Part shown: piece by piece, positions 1 to 9,622 of the stretch
How positions within the stretch are numbered: the stretch's first letter is position 1
Layout of the letters: each line of letters opens with the position of its first letter
From: Acidimicrobiia bacterium
Lineage (GTDB): Bacteria > Actinomycetota > Acidimicrobiia > Spongiisociales > ZC4RG35
Direction of reading: 5' to 3'
DNA: 62,357 nucleotides
Assembly: GCA_036396655.1 (NCBI GenBank)
Contig: DASWKK010000095.1
Location: 1-62,357, forward strand
Notes under the pieces: model-generated
Databases searched by the model: none
Seen by the model: only the letters and a program-made list of their open reading frames with translations
Told to the model about the DNA's origin: nothing
Program-made: the position numbers and the translations under genes

Positions 1-2
1 TC

Positions 3-575
3 GAGAACCGGAAAGCCACTCTCGATGACTACCGAGCACTCCTCTACAACCTGCGCCAGCAGGTCCGGGAGGGTGCTCGGTGGATCACCAGGGCTGCCTC
101 CAACCTCACCGTGGAGTACACCGACCTGCGCGCCGAGTTCATCGAACATGCCGCCGAGGAGCAGAAAGACTTCCGGATGCTGGAAAACGACTACGTCGCC
201 GTCGGCGGGGCCCTCGAGGACATCCAGAGCGGGCGAAAGAACGCGGGTTCGGAGGCGTTGTCGGCCTTCATGTTCAACCAGGCAAGTCGCGAGAACCCCT
301 TCGACCTGCTCGGGGCGATGTACATCATCGAAGGCCTCGGCGCCAACAAGGCGACCCGATGGGTGGAGCTGATCAAAGACCAGCTCGAGCTGAGCTCCGA
401 TCAGGTGACGTTCATCGAATACCACGGTGGTGCCGACGAGGAGCACACGGAGAAGATGTTCGAGATCCTCCGCTCCGACCTGATCACCCCCGAAATCGCA
501 CGATCCATTGTCCACACGGCGCGGGTTGTTGCCCGGCTCTACGCACTGCAGTTGGAGGAGATCGAAGATGTATGA
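3..575 (+). CDS. Heme-oxygenase-like diiron (iron-containing redox enzyme) domain protein, 5'-truncated by the window edge
   Basis: Frame is open from base 3 (ENRKATLDDYRALLYNLRQQVREG...) to TGA 575. All-helical, with HAAEE, YIIEG and HGGADEEH (H-x3-D-x2-H) motifs typical of HDO diiron sites. Confidence 0.7.
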   Translation, partial: ENRKATLDDYRALLYNLRQQVREGARWITRAASNLTVEYTDLRAEFIEHAAEEQKDFRMLENDYVAVGGALEDIQSGRKNAGSEALSAFMFNQASRENPFDLLGAMYIIEGLGANKATRWVELIKDQLELSSDQVTFIEYHGGADEEHTEKMFEILRSDLITPEIARSIVHTARVVARLYALQLEEIEDV

Positions 576-1461
576 CGCCAGACCAAGTCAGATGATCGAT
601 GGTCCAGGACCGGGAATCTGGGACGCCCTGAACGGAGACCCCACGTTTCACTTCGACCGGCGAGCCCTACGTCTGCTCGAGATCGATCAGACCCGATGGT
701 CGCACCGATATGTCAGGCCCCCGGCCCGGATCCTGAGCAGGGTGGTGGTGGCTGTAATCGTGCTGATCAAGCGATTGCTGCCGTTCCAGTTCTCGTCGCA
801 CAATCTGCTCGACAAACTCGGGATCTTCTTCCTCTCACGATGCGTGTCGGAGGAAGGCGGCGAACTGTTGCTGCGCCATTTCGTGCTGGAGACCAACGTG
901 CTGGCGTTCATCGCCAGGAACAGCGGTCTCGACGAGCCGGTGCTGAGACCGGGCCGGCTCGACGAGCTGGACGACAACGCGGTGATCGTGCACGACCTCA
1001 ACCTCTACGAGATCCTGGCCGGTTTGGGGAGACGGCCACTGGCTAGGCCTGAGCAGCGGACCACACCGCTCGACTTCTCGATGTTGCACGTCGACCCGAT
1101 CGATGTCTCCACCAAACGGCGCTGGCTACGGCTCGACCTGGAAACCGGGCTCTGCTTGATGAACATCATCTTCGCCCTGCTCACCACCTCGCACGAGTAC
1201 CGGAGGGCGGTGCACTCACTCCAGCTCGACGAGTCGCTGCTCAGCTGTCTCGCCGAGCTCACCGGGGACGAGCTGTTCCGGAGCTGGAAGCCGACGGGGT
1301 ACGGCCCGATCGTCCGCACCAACCGCGATGTCCCTCGCGACCTGTTGGCCCATGCTGTGATCCACGAGTACGCCCACGCCCGGCTGCTCGATCACGCGGC
1401 CAAGGCCAAGCCCTGTGCAAACTCCTGCCCGGAGCTGGAGGTGGCGCTAGCCGGGCGGTGA
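568..1461 (+). CDS. Uncharacterised protein, DUF6999-like by recollection
   Basis: ATG 568 after GGAGGAG, overlapping the upstream stop by 8 nt. LLRHFVLETNVLAFIARNS segment resembles the family I recall beside HDO/KAS-III genes. Confidence 0.55.
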   Translation: MYDARPSQMIDGPGPGIWDALNGDPTFHFDRRALRLLEIDQTRWSHRYVRPPARILSRVVVAVIVLIKRLLPFQFSSHNLLDKLGIFFLSRCVSEEGGELLLRHFVLETNVLAFIARNSGLDEPVLRPGRLDELDDNAVIVHDLNLYEILAGLGRRPLARPEQRTTPLDFSMLHVDPIDVSTKRRWLRLDLETGLCLMNIIFALLTTSHEYRRAVHSLQLDESLLSCLAELTGDELFRSWKPTGYGPIVRTNRDVPRDLLAHAVIHEYAHARLLDHAAKAKPCANSCPELEVALAGR

Positions 1462-1468
1462 CCCGCGC

Positions 1469-1490
1469 CAAAACGGGTTTCAAAACGGGT
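1469..1490. repeat. 10-nt direct repeat CAAAACGGGT x2 inside a weak hairpin between convergent genes
   Basis: Copies at 1469-1478 and 1481-1490, flanked by CCCGCGCCA / TGGCGGGG. Confidence 0.5.
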
Positions 1491-1500
1491 CTGGCGGGGC

Positions 1501-2142
1501 CTAGATCAGTTCTCGCTTGGCGGCCCAACGGGTCAGCTCATTGCGGTTGGTCAGTTGCAGCTTGCGCAGGACCGAGCCGACATGGGATTCGACCGTCTTC
1601 ACCGAGATGAACAGGGTCTCGCCGGTCTCCCGATATGTGTAGCCACGGGCGATGTGTTGAAGGACCTCCCGCTCGCGTGCTGTCAACGAAGCCCACTCGT
1701 CGTCGACGTCACCAGGATCCAGGGCGGTGAAGGCGTCTAGGACGAATCCGGCCAGCTTCGGGGAGAAGACCACATCGTCGGTGGCCACCTTCTCGATGGC
1801 AGCAATCAACTCGTCGGAGGTGATCGACTTGGTGACATAACCCCTGGCGCCGGCGTGGACCACATCGACCACGTCCTCGGGAGCGTCGGACACCGAGAGT
1901 GCAAGAAACCGGATCTCGGGATGGGTCTCTCTCACAGCGGTGATCACTGCCCGGCCGCCGCCGCCGGGCAAATGCACATCGAGCAGGACGACTTCGGGAA
2001 CCCGCTCGCGGATCAGCTCTATTGCTGTCTCGACCGCATCAGCCTCCCCGACCAGCTCCACGTGCTCGCCGATCTCGGCGCGGACCCCGGCGCGGAACAG
2101 ATCGTGATCGTCCACCAGAAACACCCGCAGTTTGTCACTCAT
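1501..2142 (-). CDS. NarL/LuxR-family response regulator
   Basis: FLVDDH, VLLDV receiver and C-terminal LTAREREVL...ISVKTVESH HTH. ATG at 2142. Confidence 0.95.
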   Translation of the reverse strand: MSDKLRVFLVDDHDLFRAGVRAEIGEHVELVGEADAVETAIELIRERVPEVVLLDVHLPGGGGRAVITAVRETHPEIRFLALSVSDAPEDVVDVVHAGARGYVTKSITSDELIAAIEKVATDDVVFSPKLAGFVLDAFTALDPGDVDDEWASLTAREREVLQHIARGYTYRETGETLFISVKTVESHVGSVLRKLQLTNRNELTRWAAKRELI

Positions 2143-3268
2143 GGCTCGCACCACCCGGATCGCTCGGGGCCGGCATGGTAAGGCGAACCTCGGTCCCGGC
2201 TCCAACGCTGCTCACGATCTCCACCAAGCCCCCGTGACGATCCATGCGCCCTTTCACTGACTGAGCCAAGCCCTGACGGTCCTCGTCGACGGTGGCGGGA
2301 TCGAAACCTACCCCCCGGTCCCTGACGAACACCTTGACAGGGCTGGACGTGGCGTCAGCGAAGACCGACACCTTCTCGACCCCGGCGTGTTTTGCGGCGT
2401 TCATCACCGACTCGCTCGTCGCTCCGACAAGAGCGGCGAGCCTCTCATCGAGGCGACGGTCCCCCACCGACACCAATTCGACCGCTACGCCGTGGCGCTT
2501 CTCGATGTCGGAACAGGTTGCCTCCAGGGCGCCCATCAGGGTGGCTCCGTGTTGACTCGCGCCCAGCAGCCATGTGCGCAGTTCTCTCTCCTGCACCCGG
2601 GCGAGGTTGCGCACCTCGGCAGGATCCGACGAGCCCTTCTGGATCAGCGCCAGGGTCTGCAGCACCGAATCGTGGAGATGCGCGGCGACGTCGGCCCGTT
2701 CCTCGATCCTGATTCGTGCCGCTCGCTCCGCTTCGAGTTCGGCCTCAGCTCTCATTCGACGTTGCTCGCTGGTCCGGATCGACTCGAAAGCCCATGCCGC
2801 CACTCCACCAACCGCCAGGTAGAGAATCGCGGTGACGACGTTGCCGGCGAGGTTGAACACGCCCAGCACGACGAATCCGGCAGCAATGACCGCGGCTGAG
2901 CCGAGACCGCCCGGTATGCGGTAGGCATATCCCCACAACAACACCGAAGACATCGGGTAGCCACCCACGAAACCGCCTTCTGTCGCTCCGTCGAAAGCAT
3001 CTGATGCCACGACTGCGACAGCGACGGCGAGGTCAATCACCAGCCAGATCAGGCTCTCGAAGCGACCGGTCGCAGCAAGCCAGAAGGTGACAACCGACCA
3101 GACCCAGACAGCCGCCACGGCTGCGAAGACCACTACCTGATCCGCGTCCCAGGCAACGACGGCGATGATCCCGAGCACGGTGATCCACACCGCTGACACC
3201 AGTCGAAAACCAACGATGATGCGACGCAGCGTTGCGTCGACGCGGACCTCGGTGGTTCGATTGGGCAC
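2135..3268 (-). CDS. Membrane sensor histidine kinase (HisKA_3 type), cognate of the NarL regulator
   Basis: N-terminal TM helices, AAHLHDSVLQ H-box, ESVMNAAKH N-box, DRGVGF and GAGTEV G-boxes. Overlaps the RR start. Confidence 0.92.
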   Translation of the reverse strand: MPNRTTEVRVDATLRRIIVGFRLVSAVWITVLGIIAVVAWDADQVVVFAAVAAVWVWSVVTFWLAATGRFESLIWLVIDLAVAVAVVASDAFDGATEGGFVGGYPMSSVLLWGYAYRIPGGLGSAAVIAAGFVVLGVFNLAGNVVTAILYLAVGGVAAWAFESIRTSEQRRMRAEAELEAERAARIRIEERADVAAHLHDSVLQTLALIQKGSSDPAEVRNLARVQERELRTWLLGASQHGATLMGALEATCSDIEKRHGVAVELVSVGDRRLDERLAALVGATSESVMNAAKHAGVEKVSVFADATSSPVKVFVRDRGVGFDPATVDEDRQGLAQSVKGRMDRHGGLVEIVSSVGAGTEVRLTMPAPSDPGGASHE

Positions 3269-3328
3269 CCGGTGAGGTTACGAGACCGAGACCCGAGCGG
3301 CTTGCACCGCGCCTAAGTTGCTCGTGAC

Positions 3329-3643
3329 ATGGAACTCCGACACGAACCCGACAACCATCGCTACGTCGCCGAGATCGACGGTGAGATCGTCGGCGTCGCC
3401 GTCTACCACCTGCGCAACGAACGTCACATCTTCGTCCATACCGAAGTCGACCCGGCCCACAAACGAGCTGGTGTGGGCTCGGCTCTGGCCCGCTACGCCC
3501 TCGACGACGTCAAGACCAACGGGGGAACGGTGGTTCCGGTCTGCCCCTTCATCGCCAGCTGGATAAGGCGTCACCCCGAGTACGACACGCTCGTCGATCA
3601 CGAGCTCCTCGACCGAATCAACGGAGTCACCTCGGACCGCTGA
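3329..3643 (+). CDS. Small GNAT acetyltransferase (YjdJ-like)
   Basis: HTEVDP...GVGSALARYAL...VVPVCPFI signature. Confidence 0.9.
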   Translation: MELRHEPDNHRYVAEIDGEIVGVAVYHLRNERHIFVHTEVDPAHKRAGVGSALARYALDDVKTNGGTVVPVCPFIASWIRRHPEYDTLVDHELLDRINGVTSDR

Positions 3644-3698
3644 CCACTTGAAGCGATCCGGCAGCACTTTCCGCGGTCAAACTGCTAGACATCAGCCG

Positions 3699-5081
3699 AT
3701 GCGGGGACTCTTTGCGACGGCTGAGCTGGCACCATTTGTGAAAGTCGGCGGTCTCGGCGACGCGGCATCGGGGCTGGTCAAAGCCCTCCGGCGCCAGGAC
3801 ATCGAGGTCGAGGTGGTATTGCCCGACTATGGCTGGCTTCCACTCGAGCAGACCGACGAGCAATCGCTCGACGTTCCCGACTGGGCGGGTCCGGCCCGTG
3901 TCCGTCGCGGCTCGCTCAACGGCTTTGGCAACGTCTCACTGGTCGTCACCCCGACCATGGCCCGTCCCCATCCCTACAACGACGCCGAAGGCCGGGGCTG
4001 GCCCGGCAACGACACCCGATTCTTCTCCTTCTCCGCAGCGGTGGCGGCTCTCGCCAGAGCCGACGCGCCGGACGTGCTTCATCTCAACGACTGGCACACC
4101 GGCGCCGCCCTCGGCTTTCTCTCCGAGCCGCCGCCAACCGTGCTCACCATTCACAATCTGGCCTATCAAGGAGCAGCCGACGGGGCGTGGTTGGACTTGA
4201 TCGCATACCAAGCCCAGGCCTACGAGTGGTATGGGGGCGCCAACCCGTTGACCGGATCGATTGCCCTGGCCGACCGGGTGGTCACGGTCAGCCCCACATT
4301 CGCGGCCGAGGCCCTACGTCCCGCGACGGGTTTTGGGGCGCACGACGCGCTCGCCGCGCGGGGTGACGACTTCTCGGGGATACTCAACGGGATCGACACC
4401 GAAGTGTGGAACCCGGCCGCCGACCCCTACCTCCCGGTCCAATACGACGTTGCCAACGCCGGCCGCAAACGTGAGATCGGTCGTCATCTGTCCGGCGAGT
4501 TGGGTTGGGAGCCGAGCACCGAGCCAATCATCGGCGTGGTGACCCGGCTGACCGATCAGAAAGGGGTGGATCTCGCCCTGGAAGCCGCCGAAGCACTACC
4601 CGACCTCGGCGCCCGCATGGTTCTGCTCGGGTCCGGAGACAAGGATCTCACCGATGAGGCCACCCAGACGGCGGGGCGACTGGCAGACCGTTTCGCCTTC
4701 GTTGAGGGGTACGACGAAGGAATGTCGCACCGCATCTTCGGGGCCGCCGACCTGTACCTGATGCCCAGTCGGTTCGAGCCGGCCGGGCTCACCCAGATGC
4801 AGGCAATGCGCTATGGGGCGATCCCGGTGGTGACTGACGTCGGAGGGCTCCACGACACGGTGACTGATGCCGACGCTGACGGAGAGTTGGGGAATGGCTT
4901 CGTCGCCGAGACGCCCAGCTCAGATGCCGTGGCCGACGCCCTCGAACGTGCAGTCCGGGCCTGGCGCTGGACCAAGAGACGAGGGGAGATTCGGAGGCGA
5001 GGGATGAGCCACGACTGGTCCTGGGACGGCCCGGCAACCCGATATCGCGAGTTGTACAAGGAGATCACCTCGGCTCGGTGA
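3699..5081 (+). CDS. glgA: Glycogen synthase, GT5 family
   Basis: [13 protein letters not shown] (KxGG), [37 protein letters not shown]. Confidence 0.92.
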   Translation: MRGLFATAELAPFVKVGGLGDAASGLVKALRRQDIEVEVVLPDYGWLPLEQTDEQSLDVPDWAGPARVRRGSLNGFGNVSLVVTPTMARPHPYNDAEGRGWPGNDTRFFSFSAAVAALARADAPDVLHLNDWHTGAALGFLSEPPPTVLTIHNLAYQGAADGAWLDLIAYQAQAYEWYGGANPLTGSIALADRVVTVSPTFAAEALRPATGFGAHDALAARGDDFSGILNGIDTEVWNPAADPYLPVQYDVANAGRKREIGRHLSGELGWEPSTEPIIGVVTRLTDQKGVDLALEAAEALPDLGARMVLLGSGDKDLTDEATQTAGRLADRFAFVEGYDEGMSHRIFGAADLYLMPSRFEPAGLTQMQAMRYGAIPVVTDVGGLHDTVTDADADGELGNGFVAETPSSDAVADALERAVRAWRWTKRRGEIRRRGMSHDWSWDGPATRYRELYKEITSAR

Positions 5082-6315
5082 TCTCGTCCTCTTTCCCAAT
5101 GGCCACCACCCCGGCCGCCGAGACATCGAACCTCGCCAGGTCACGATCGGGGTCAACTCCGATCTGAGCCTGGGGCGGGACCTGCACGTTCTTGTCGACA
5201 ATGGCGTTTCTGACCACTGCGCCGGCCCCGATTCGCACCCCGTCGAGCAGAATCGCATTCTCCACCATGGCCTCTCCTTCGACGTGGACACCCGGAGAGA
5301 GAATCGACCGACGCACCGTCCCCCCGGAGACGATGACCCCGTTGGAGAGAATGGAGTCGACCACCGCCCCCGGATTGCCCATCTCCGAGACGATCTTGGC
5401 CGGAGCCACCGTGCGTCCCGCCGTGTATACCGGCCACTGGTCGTTGTAGAGGTTGAACACCGGCTCGGGGTCCACCAGATCCATGTGGGCATCGAAGTAT
5501 GAGTCGAGGGTCCCCACGTCACGCCAATAGCCCCGGTCCCGGTCCAGCGAGCCGGGGACCGCGTTGTCGGCAAAGTCATAGACATGAGCCTCGCCCAGTT
5601 CCACCGCGCCCGGGATCAGATTGCCCCCGACGTCGTGCTTCGACTCGGCTGACTCCGAGTCGGCCCGTACCAAGTCGAAGAGGAAGTCAGTCTCGAAGAT
5701 GTAGTTGCCCATCGAGGCGAGCACCATGGACGGATCGTCCGGCAGAGGCTTGGGGTCGGTGGGTTTCTCCCGGAAGGCGTCGATTCTGGTGCTGTCACCC
5801 TTCTCGATCACACCGAATTGTGACGCCTCGTTGATCGGGGTTCGGATGGCTGCCACCGTGACCCCTGCCTTGGTGTCCATGTGCTGCTCGAGCATCTGAG
5901 CCGGGTCCATCCGGTAGATGTGGTCGGCGCCGAAGACGAGGACGTGCTGTGGGTTCTCGTCGTGGAGGATGTTGAGGTTCTGGAAGATGGCGTCGGCCGA
6001 ACCGAGAAACCAACGCTCCCCGAGCCGCATCTGGGCCGGGACCGACGTCACGTAGTTGCCGAGCAGTGTCGACATGCGCCAGGTGAGGGACAGGTGGAGG
6101 TTGAGGCTGTGGCTCTTGTATTGGGTGAGGACCACGATCCGCCGGTACCCGGCGTTGACCAGGTTGGAGAGGGCGAAGTCGATCAGCCGATAGTGACCGG
6201 CAAAGGGAACCGCGGGCTTAGCCCGGTCCCGGGTCAGTGGGAGCAGCCGATTCCCCGACCCACCGGCGAGGACCATCGCCATCACATGCGGACGTGCCGA
6301 GCTCACTTCCGCCAA
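5065..6315 (-). CDS. glgC: Glucose-1-phosphate adenylyltransferase (start may be GTG 6306)
   Basis: [45 protein letters not shown] and hexapeptide C-terminus. Confidence 0.97.
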   Translation of the reverse strand: MAEVSSARPHVMAMVLAGGSGNRLLPLTRDRAKPAVPFAGHYRLIDFALSNLVNAGYRRIVVLTQYKSHSLNLHLSLTWRMSTLLGNYVTSVPAQMRLGERWFLGSADAIFQNLNILHDENPQHVLVFGADHIYRMDPAQMLEQHMDTKAGVTVAAIRTPINEASQFGVIEKGDSTRIDAFREKPTDPKPLPDDPSMVLASMGNYIFETDFLFDLVRADSESAESKHDVGGNLIPGAVELGEAHVYDFADNAVPGSLDRDRGYWRDVGTLDSYFDAHMDLVDPEPVFNLYNDQWPVYTAGRTVAPAKIVSEMGNPGAVVDSILSNGVIVSGGTVRRSILSPGVHVEGEAMVENAILLDGVRIGAGAVVRNAIVDKNVQVPPQAQIGVDPDRDLARFDVSAAGVVAIGKEDEITEPR

Positions 6316-6374
6316 CCTTATCCCGTGGGGTCAGCCGGGGACTGGCGACTCTCAGTTGCAGGGGCATTGAGTGT

Positions 6375-6983
6375 TTACGGCACCCACTGCTCACGGATCG
6401 CGGTGATCAGGCCTCCTTCCACCTCGAGCCAAACGCCGAGCTCGTAGCCCCGTTGCGCCACGAGGGCGACCCACTCTTCGTAACTCACCGTGTCTTCGTT
6501 TGTCGGGTCGCCGTCCGGGTAGAAGACAACTTCGACATCTGAGGCCACCGGGACGTCTCTCGTCTCGGGATTGGCGTTGCGGACGTAGTAGTCGTTTGGC
6601 GGCGGAGACTCCTCGCCGTCCTCGGCGGAAGCCAGCACCGCCCCATCCCCGGAAAACCAACAGGCCAGGTCGAACTCGATTGAATCGTCGCCCCGGGAGA
6701 CGACGAAGCCATACCATTCGCCGTCGGGCAAGGAGCCTCCTCCTGGCGTGCATCCCGAGCCCTCAGCGAGGTCATTGGTATCGATCACCGTGACGGTTGT
6801 AGTGGCTGGCCCCGACGTGCTCGTGGTCGATGCACTTGTAGTAGTGGAGGTGGGTGCGGTCGTTGTCGTGGTGACCGGAGCAATGGTCGTGGAAGTAGAC
6901 GTGGTGTCCGACACCTCGCCGTCGCCACAGGCAGCCAACACCAACGTGACACCGGTCAAGAGGACGAAGAAGCGGCGACTCAA
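6375..6983 (-). CDS. Hypothetical lipoprotein with Thr-rich linker
   Basis: TTG start, signal peptide with LAAC lipobox, Thr tract, then a globular domain with two Cys. Confidence 0.75.
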   Translation of the reverse strand: MSRRFFVLLTGVTLVLAACGDGEVSDTTSTSTTIAPVTTTTTAPTSTTTSASTTSTSGPATTTVTVIDTNDLAEGSGCTPGGGSLPDGEWYGFVVSRGDDSIEFDLACWFSGDGAVLASAEDGEESPPPNDYYVRNANPETRDVPVASDVEVVFYPDGDPTNEDTVSYEEWVALVAQRGYELGVWLEVEGGLITAIREQWVP

Positions 6984-7091
6984 CTCGAATTCCTTTCGTT
7001 CAAATGCGGATCACACCATATTGACGTGTGGAAAGGTCTGGATCGTGGATCCAGGCAAGAACAGAAATGAGGGCCTACGCCCGTAGGATGT

Positions 7092-7985
7092 CTAGACCGG
7101 AGCGTCCACCAGGGGCGTCTGGCGGCGCAGGGCGCCGATGTAGACCCCGACGAGGATAAGAGCGCCACCGAAGACCAGCTCGATGCCAACTTCCTCGTCG
7201 AGCAGCCAGTAGGAGAACAACACCGCAATGGGAGGCGTGAGAACGAAGTTGTACGCGGCCCGCGATGCGTCCCACCGCTTCAGTACGTAGACCCAAAGGA
7301 CGAAGAGGATTCCCGACCCGATAACCACCATGTAGGCCATGGCGAGCCAGGTCGCCTCGAGGGTCGGCATCTTCAGGCTGTCGCCGGCGATGAGCGATCC
7401 GATGAAGAGGATCACCGCCCCAACGGTCATCCCCACTGCATTCAGCGTCACGGGGTGCTCCGGCGGGAAGATGCGAACCAGCACGGCGCCCTCGGCAAGG
7501 CACAGCGCTGCGGCCATTGCCACGAGGATCGAAACAATGGAGGTGGCATCTCCAAGCGCGACCCGCGACATGAGGAGGACCCCGATGAAAGCCAGGAGAG
7601 AGCCGATCACTGCCGGCGCCCGCAAACGCTCCTGACGCTGGGCCACCGCCAGGAGAAGGGCCGTCAACGGCACAACCCCGAGCAGCACCTGGAGGAACCC
7701 AGCACCCAGCTCGACGAGTGCATAGAACAGACAGGCAAAAGCCAACCCGAAGTTGACAGTGCCGTAGAGCACCGCGCCCAACAACGCTCTCCCTCGGGGG
7801 AACGGCAGTCTGAGGGCCGCCATCACGGTCAGCATCAGCGCCGCGGCGAGGGCGAATCGGACGGTGGCGCCCCAGAACGGGTCGAGCTCGAGATTGGAGA
7901 ACTTGACACTGATCGGGTTGCCGGCAGCCAGCAGCCCTCCCACGAAGAACGCGACCAGAGCTCCCCTACCGCTGCCGCCATCCAT
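7092..7985 (-). CDS. EamA/DMT-family transporter
   Basis: About 10 TM helices in two EamA repeats, ending LILVGVYIG. Confidence 0.9.
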   Translation of the reverse strand: MDGGSGRGALVAFFVGGLLAAGNPISVKFSNLELDPFWGATVRFALAAALMLTVMAALRLPFPRGRALLGAVLYGTVNFGLAFACLFYALVELGAGFLQVLLGVVPLTALLLAVAQRQERLRAPAVIGSLLAFIGVLLMSRVALGDATSIVSILVAMAAALCLAEGAVLVRIFPPEHPVTLNAVGMTVGAVILFIGSLIAGDSLKMPTLEATWLAMAYMVVIGSGILFVLWVYVLKRWDASRAAYNFVLTPPIAVLFSYWLLDEEVGIELVFGGALILVGVYIGALRRQTPLVDAPV

Positions 7986-8031
7986 TGGCGGCAGGGTATA
8001 TCGGGCTGGCCAGGCCCCCGCCGACACAGGT

Positions 8032-8045
8032 TGAGAGCGCTCTCA
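8032..8045. promoter_or_regulatory. Putative LacI-family operator TGAGAGCGCTCTCA
   Basis: Perfect 14-bp palindrome with central AGCGCT, 66 nt upstream of the GH5 start. Confidence 0.7.
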
Positions 8046-8111
8046 GCCCCGGGCAACTGGCGATAAGGTGGCCAGACACTTCTTCAATCCGTTCAGAGGG
8101 ATGGGAACCCG

Positions 8112-9323
8112 ATGGAGCGATTCCTGACCGGAGTCAATTACTGGCCGAGGCGAAAGGCCATGTATTGGTGGGCGGACTTCGACGCGTCGGAGGTGTCCGA
8201 CGAGTTCGACCTCATCGCGTCGATCGGGATGGACGTCGCACGTATCTTCCTGCTCTGGGACGATTGGCAGCCGAGCGCCAACACCGTCTCATCTGAGCGT
8301 CTCCGCGATCTAGGAGTGGTCTGCGATCTGGCCGCGTCCAAAGGGCTCGGTCTGGATGTGACCTTCTTCACCGGGCACATGAGCGGCCCCAACTGGGCGC
8401 CCCGCTGGCTGCTCGACGGCGACGCTCCCTGGCCTTCGAGATATGTGCGACAGGTCCTGAGCGAGGGCAAGGTGGTCGGCGATTCCTACCGGAACATGTT
8501 CCACGACCCCGATGCGATAGCAGCCGAGCGTCTCCTCCTCGACACGGTGGTCACCGAGTATCGCGATCACGACGGGATATGGATGTGGAACCTGGGCAAT
8601 GAGCCCGACCTGTTCGCCTGGCCCAACACCGCCTCCGATGGCACCGGGTGGGTGTCGCAGATGACAGGGCTGATCAAGGAGCTCGACCCGGTTCATCCGG
8701 TGACCACCGGGCTCCACACCGCCAACCTGTTCGAGGACAACGGCTTTCGGGTCAACGAGGTGTTCGGCGTCTCCGACGTGGCGGTCATGCACGGCTACCC
8801 GATGTACATCCCCTGGGCGAGGAACAACCTCGACCCCGACTTCGTCCCCTACCTCTGTGCCCTGGTCACCGCCCTCAGCGGAAAACCATGTCTGGCCGAG
8901 GAGTGGGGTGGCTGCACTTCTCCCGACACCGCCGAGTCGGTGGTGTGGAGCTGGAACGCCTATGGCGCCGACCGCGACCAGTTCATGGCCGGCGAGCAAG
9001 CCCTCGCCGACTACATCGCGGAGGTATTGCCCAAACTGGTCGAGGTCGGGTCGACCGGGTCGTTTCTGTGGTGCTTCGCCGATTACTCGCCCGAGCTATG
9101 GGACCGTCCCCCATGCGACCCGGGTGGCGCCAAGCACGAACGTCATTTCGGGCTGGTGCGACCCGACGGGTCCCTCAAGCCTCACGCAGACGTGATCCAG
9201 AAGTTCGTTGCGACCGGGCCGACGGTGCAAGCACCGACGAGAAAGGTCACCCTCGATGTCACCCCCGAGGAGTACTACCTCGACCCGGCCGGCCACGCCC
9301 GAAGGCTCTACCAGGACTTCTGA
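8112..9323 (+). CDS. Clan-A glycoside hydrolase (GH5-like), cytoplasmic, possibly beta-mannosidase/glucosidase
   Basis: GVNYWP start, WNLGNEP acid/base, AEEWG nucleophile, WCFADY...ERHFGL. No signal peptide. Confidence 0.85.
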   Translation: MERFLTGVNYWPRRKAMYWWADFDASEVSDEFDLIASIGMDVARIFLLWDDWQPSANTVSSERLRDLGVVCDLAASKGLGLDVTFFTGHMSGPNWAPRWLLDGDAPWPSRYVRQVLSEGKVVGDSYRNMFHDPDAIAAERLLLDTVVTEYRDHDGIWMWNLGNEPDLFAWPNTASDGTGWVSQMTGLIKELDPVHPVTTGLHTANLFEDNGFRVNEVFGVSDVAVMHGYPMYIPWARNNLDPDFVPYLCALVTALSGKPCLAEEWGGCTSPDTAESVVWSWNAYGADRDQFMAGEQALADYIAEVLPKLVEVGSTGSFLWCFADYSPELWDRPPCDPGGAKHERHFGLVRPDGSLKPHADVIQKFVATGPTVQAPTRKVTLDVTPEEYYLDPAGHARRLYQDF

Positions 9324-9565
9324 TGGCTCCCAGGTCGATGATGCCCGGTCTGACCCTCATCCTTCTGATTTCCGCCTGCACCGGTGAGAGCAACACGACT
9401 TCGCCACCACTCTCCACCACTACGACAGTCTCACTGTCGTCCACCTTTCCTCCGGATCTACCCGGGATTCATCTCGGTCGAGCCCACCGCCGTCGGTCGT
9501 TGATCGTGGTCCTGGATGGTGATAGCACCGAACTGTGGACGAGGAGGATCGACAACAGCCGGTGA
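9323..9565 (+). pseudogene. Short or truncated lipoprotein (80 aa)
   Basis: TGATG overlap with the GH5 stop, LLISAC lipobox, Thr/Ser linker, then an early stop with no recognisable domain. Confidence 0.35.
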
Positions 9566-9622
9566 CTCTTGGATCGGAGGTCGAGGAGGCTGGCCTGACC
9601 CGGACACCGCGGTCTCGAACCA

